Part shown: positions 61,101 through 64,000 of the stretch, piece by piece
How the letters are laid out: each line of letters starts with the position of its first letter
How positions within the stretch are numbered: position 1 is the stretch's first letter
Assembly (NCBI RefSeq): GCF_052425735.1
Contig: NC_135771.1
Span: 9,486,001 to 9,550,000, forward strand
Source: Oculina patagonica
Lineage: Eukaryota
Direction: 5' to 3'
DNA: 64,000 bases
The notes under the pieces: model-generated
What the model was told of the DNA's origin: nothing
Database searches by the model: none
The model's input: the letters and a program-made list of their open reading frames with translations, nothing else
Position numbers and translations under genes: made by a program

Positions 61101-64000
61101 ATAATTTTATTGTACTGTTGTACTTACCGGAACCGATTGGCACTGAAACATGATACACCTCATAGATTTCCTCTGACACCTGCTTGTTTACCCGACGAGG
61201 ATTTTTCAATTTTTTCGCTTCGCCTCTATGAGATGGGTAACAGCAACTGGATGACAACTTTTGGTAATGTGTTGTCAGTTCGTATCGGTGCTTTGGACAC
61301 ACAGTAATCCTTCCTCTCTCTTTCTTTGACAGGGAATGTAATCCAGCGCGATTGAGAATAACTTCACTCTCTGTGATCTGTGTACCAACACCACCGCTTC
61401 CACTGACACCCAATTTAGTTAGATATTGGGTTAAATCCTTGCTACATGCTTCTAAAGGAATTACATGAAGCTCGGTTGGAGCGTATGGTGTTGCACCGCA
61501 CACACTGTTTTCATTTGAGAATGAGCAACTCATTTTCCATCGTACATTATATTTCAAGCCGGCTATGTAGATAACATCGCAAAACCTGGTGCCTGTATGA
61601 CGCGTTGGCATAAAAATATATGTACACGGTATATATAAAGGCCGAAACAGTACTGTCTGCAGTTAAATATAAATATATATATTTATTTAACCGGCTTTAT
61701 CAATATAAAATAAGTAGCTGTAAAAAATATAATTGGCACTGGAGAATCTGCAGAGCAGACGGATGGAGTGATGGACAGAAAAAAAACAAAAACAAAAAGG
61801 CAACATATACTTTATTCAAACTCGTTCGTAATTTTATTATTTTATTAAAATATATTTTTTAATTGCTGTCATAGTATAAAACTAAATAAACAAGCTACTC
61901 CCTTTGTAAATAGCATAAAAATTGATTCGGCCCAATGCTAGCCCCTCTAACCCACCTGTGATACACCTGTTGAAACAATCACCCACCCTACCCTCCTTGG
62001 GAAAAGCTGAATTCCAGGCCCCTGCGAGTTGTCAAATTCAAAATGGCGTCGCTCTGTTATTTTCGTGTTTTCCACGTTTTCTTCACTGTTTAATGAATTA
62101 TCGACGGGTTGAGATATATTTCGGAAGGAATTCAGTCAATTGCATTTATTTAACCTCGGAAAAACTCAAAGTGGACTCGAGGAGTGGTTTAAAAACACAT
62201 TGGTTGCTTCGTGTGTTGTTGAAGACGATATCGCCTACATGAACTACATTGAGGTGCTCTAAAATCTTGCTGTTTCAATGGCCCAAAAAGATTATTGCTG
62301 TTTATGATAGAGGAAAGGTAAGAGCACTTATCTGTGGTATCCAATGATTTCTGCAGTTATAGTTGTGTGTTCTACGGGAACTCGAAAATGGGCAAAATCT
62401 TGCTCATTCGAAAATGTAAAAAGTAGGTGTTCAAAACGTGGACGGTGTAAACTCACCTGTGCTTATTTCGTACATTTCTGGATTTTTACAAGTAGTTCTA
62501 TGTCTGTTTATGCCACACAGAAAATAAAAATTCCGTTCGTTTAATTTTGTAGTTTATAGTGGTTTTCAAATTTGGGTCAAATTTACTGGTAAATCTAGGC
62601 CCTGATGGGGTGATAAATAGTGGACCTCATATCTCCTATACAAAAACGATTGAGGAGCCAAGTTTAGTATATTTATTCATAAGTCCACCTAACCTATTTA
62701 TGGTGTTAGTATGAAGCAAATCGGCCGACCCCCATCTTTGACTGCCTGCCTGGATTTCTCAGTCAGTGACTGTTAATGGCATAAAATGTGTAAATTCTGG
62801 ACCCAAACAGTGCTATTTGACCAAAATTAGATCAAATTAGTTTTATCTGTAGGTTGGAAAATTTTTTCTTTGAGAAAGAGCTAATTAATTCGAAATTTTC
62901 GTAGGAATGATTATCCTAGCTCACGAAACAACAAATTTAATTTCAATTTGGCGGCCAAAGACTGTTGAATTTCGATTGAATTTCCCCATAAATGGACGTA
63001 CTAAAGTTCTAAGAGCTTGCACATCAAAATAAAATAGGTTTGAAGACGGCTAGTCTGATTATTTAGTAAAACTGTCATATTTTTCTAAAATCATTTGGAG
63101 CTACATGGTTTTCCCACGCTGTGACACGCTTATATGGCGCTGTTTCAGCTCGGGTAGAAGGGCTGTGAATTCTGCATGTAAAGGCGGGCTATGTCTCATC
63201 CCTTCTAGCCGGGTAACTCGGTTAGCCGGGGCACCCTACCTCCATGTAAACAGGTCCGACAAAGTAAGCGCACTGCAGACAATACATCATGGAAATAAGG
63301 AAGGGGGGGGGGGGGGGGGGGGGGGGGACAAGGAAAGGCACTTTCATTTAAGAAGTTTCTAGTATTCCTGTTTCCTGAGACATAATTATCATAGATTGCA
63401 TTATCAACCGTGATCACTATTAAGCGATGTGATGTTAGATGTTTCACAGCTTTTGCTTGGGCCGCCCGTTGTTGACAGTACCAAAATAATGCACGTCGTG
63501 AAAACACATCAGAGTTGCCACACAATCAATCAAAACGTATGTCAATATTCCAATCCGTATATCTTATCTTTAGTTTATGATAACTGTTTAGTAATAAGAT
63601 AAATTTCTAAATTCGGTACGTATCATTAACATAAGGAAAGACTGGCCAATACATTTATACAATGCATATATAATTTATATAAAGACTGAAGTAAAAACAC
63701 CGGCTGTTTATTATTATCACTGTTAAAAACCACATACATGATTTATGAACAAGAAAAGTCAATACAGACAAGGCAGCAATATTTACATGTCGGTTTTTCC
63801 TTTACCACGATGAATAAGAATTCTGGTTATCAAAATCCCATGGATGATTTTTTTCACGTCTTGGTGTATGTGGACTAGACTATTTAGCTGACCACCTTAA
63901 ATATAACTCAAACCAACCTTGTCAACATTGTTTTCTTGATAGGTAACCCAATCATTGCCATTTAGAGACAAATGGAGATTGTACTCTATTGTCCAGTGAT
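46169..64000 (-). CDS. Multi-exon extracellular protein: F5/8C (discoidin)-FN3-FN3-RPTP juxtamembrane-like domain-Ig; partial at both ends
   Basis: In-frame GT-AG exons: >64000-63918 (WTIEYNLHLSLNGNDWVTYQE), 53275-53422 (VFNGN...ARFIRLQP...LRVEVFG), 50761-51048 and 49815-50117 (FN3), 49082-49190, 47889-48198 (YYNKPLQPNTSYRVFLRAF), 47578-47620, 46169-46435 (Ig; C...W...DSGVYEC). A further exon at about 44965-45026 is possible. Confidence 0.85.
52492..53229. mobile_element. PIF/Harbinger-type MITE
   Basis: TIRs GGGTGCGTTTCTTTGG(G)AAAATCCAAA / TTTGGATTTTTTCCAAAGAAACGCACCC with TTA TSD. Confidence 0.82.
55358..61533 (-). CDS. Sola3-like transposase (~1185 aa, spliced), second catalytic Asp changed to Gly
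   Basis: Exons 61128-61533, 60795-60847, 60197-60259, 56353-58918 and 55358-55827 join in frame (3558 nt). Motifs: DWAMKYLP..RE..YGKRGKSWH, YLKSGNAGCYH, QSGKDVCDR; N-terminal Cys/His cluster; C2H2 CEEEGC...HMDTGRH. Confidence 0.8.
58990..60190. repeat. Two ~400-bp tandem intronic units inside the transposon (first one interrupted by a SINE)
   Basis: AAAACGTTTTATA.GGGGAGGCACC.CGCCCTGAAATCCAAC starts at about 58992 and 59779; the downstream sequence is near-identical. Confidence 0.8.
59047..59395 (+). mobile_element. tRNA-derived SINE with V-domain-like block, interrupted by ~95 bp AT-rich sequence
   Basis: A box TGGCGCAGTGG, B box GGTTCGATTCC, and GGTTTTTCTCCGGGTTCTCCGGTTTTCCTCCC. Confidence 0.75.

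Larger units (their letters stand above)
53808..62772 (-). mobile_element. Full-length Sola3-like DNA transposon (8965 bp)
   Basis: TTAA on both sides (53804-53807 and 62773-62776), CAG...CTG termini, ~800-bp TIRs (53808-54611 and 61979-62772), and an internal DDD-type transposase gene. Confidence 0.85.
53530..63257. mobile_element. Outer non-autonomous TIR element split by the Sola3-like insertion (53530-53807 plus 62773-63257)
   Basis: About 50-bp TIRs GG(G/A)CCTGTTTACATGG...GGTGCCCCGGCTAACCGAGTTACCCGGCTA at both ends. Confidence 0.72.

Noticed and set aside
54046-62544. Mirror-image ORF pairs (54046/62344 and 54348/61922)
   Set aside because: They arise from the two TIR copies; no coding signal.

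Overview
AT-rich, intron-containing animal genomic DNA. The gene and repeat content suggests a cnidarian, probably a stony coral (inference). It is not a prokaryotic locus. In order, the window holds: (1) the 3' exons of a spliced gene fusing an HPPK/FolK-like domain to a pteridine reductase (PTR1/FolM-type SDR), the most unusual item because animals are thought to lack folate-biosynthesis enzymes; (2) an intronless Shaker-family K+ channel subunit with a largely charge-neutralised S4 and an altered S6 gate; (3) a neuropeptide-receptor-like GPCR; (4) a head-to-head pair of 5-exon calmodulin-like paralogs; (5) a tandem duplication of an orphan class A GPCR plus two remnants; (6) a multi-exon discoidin-FN3-FN3-RPTP-juxtamembrane-like-Ig gene. 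One intron of that last gene carries a complete ~9 kb Sola3-like transposon (TTAA TSD, ~800-bp TIRs, spliced ~1185-aa transposase with a catalytic D-to-G change), itself nested in a smaller TIR element. The window also has many MITEs, tRNA-derived SINEs, satellites, micro-hairpin insertions, a 148-N gap and two stretches that look like low-quality sequence. Exon models were derived by eye from GT-AG sites and reading-frame continuity. No database search was run.
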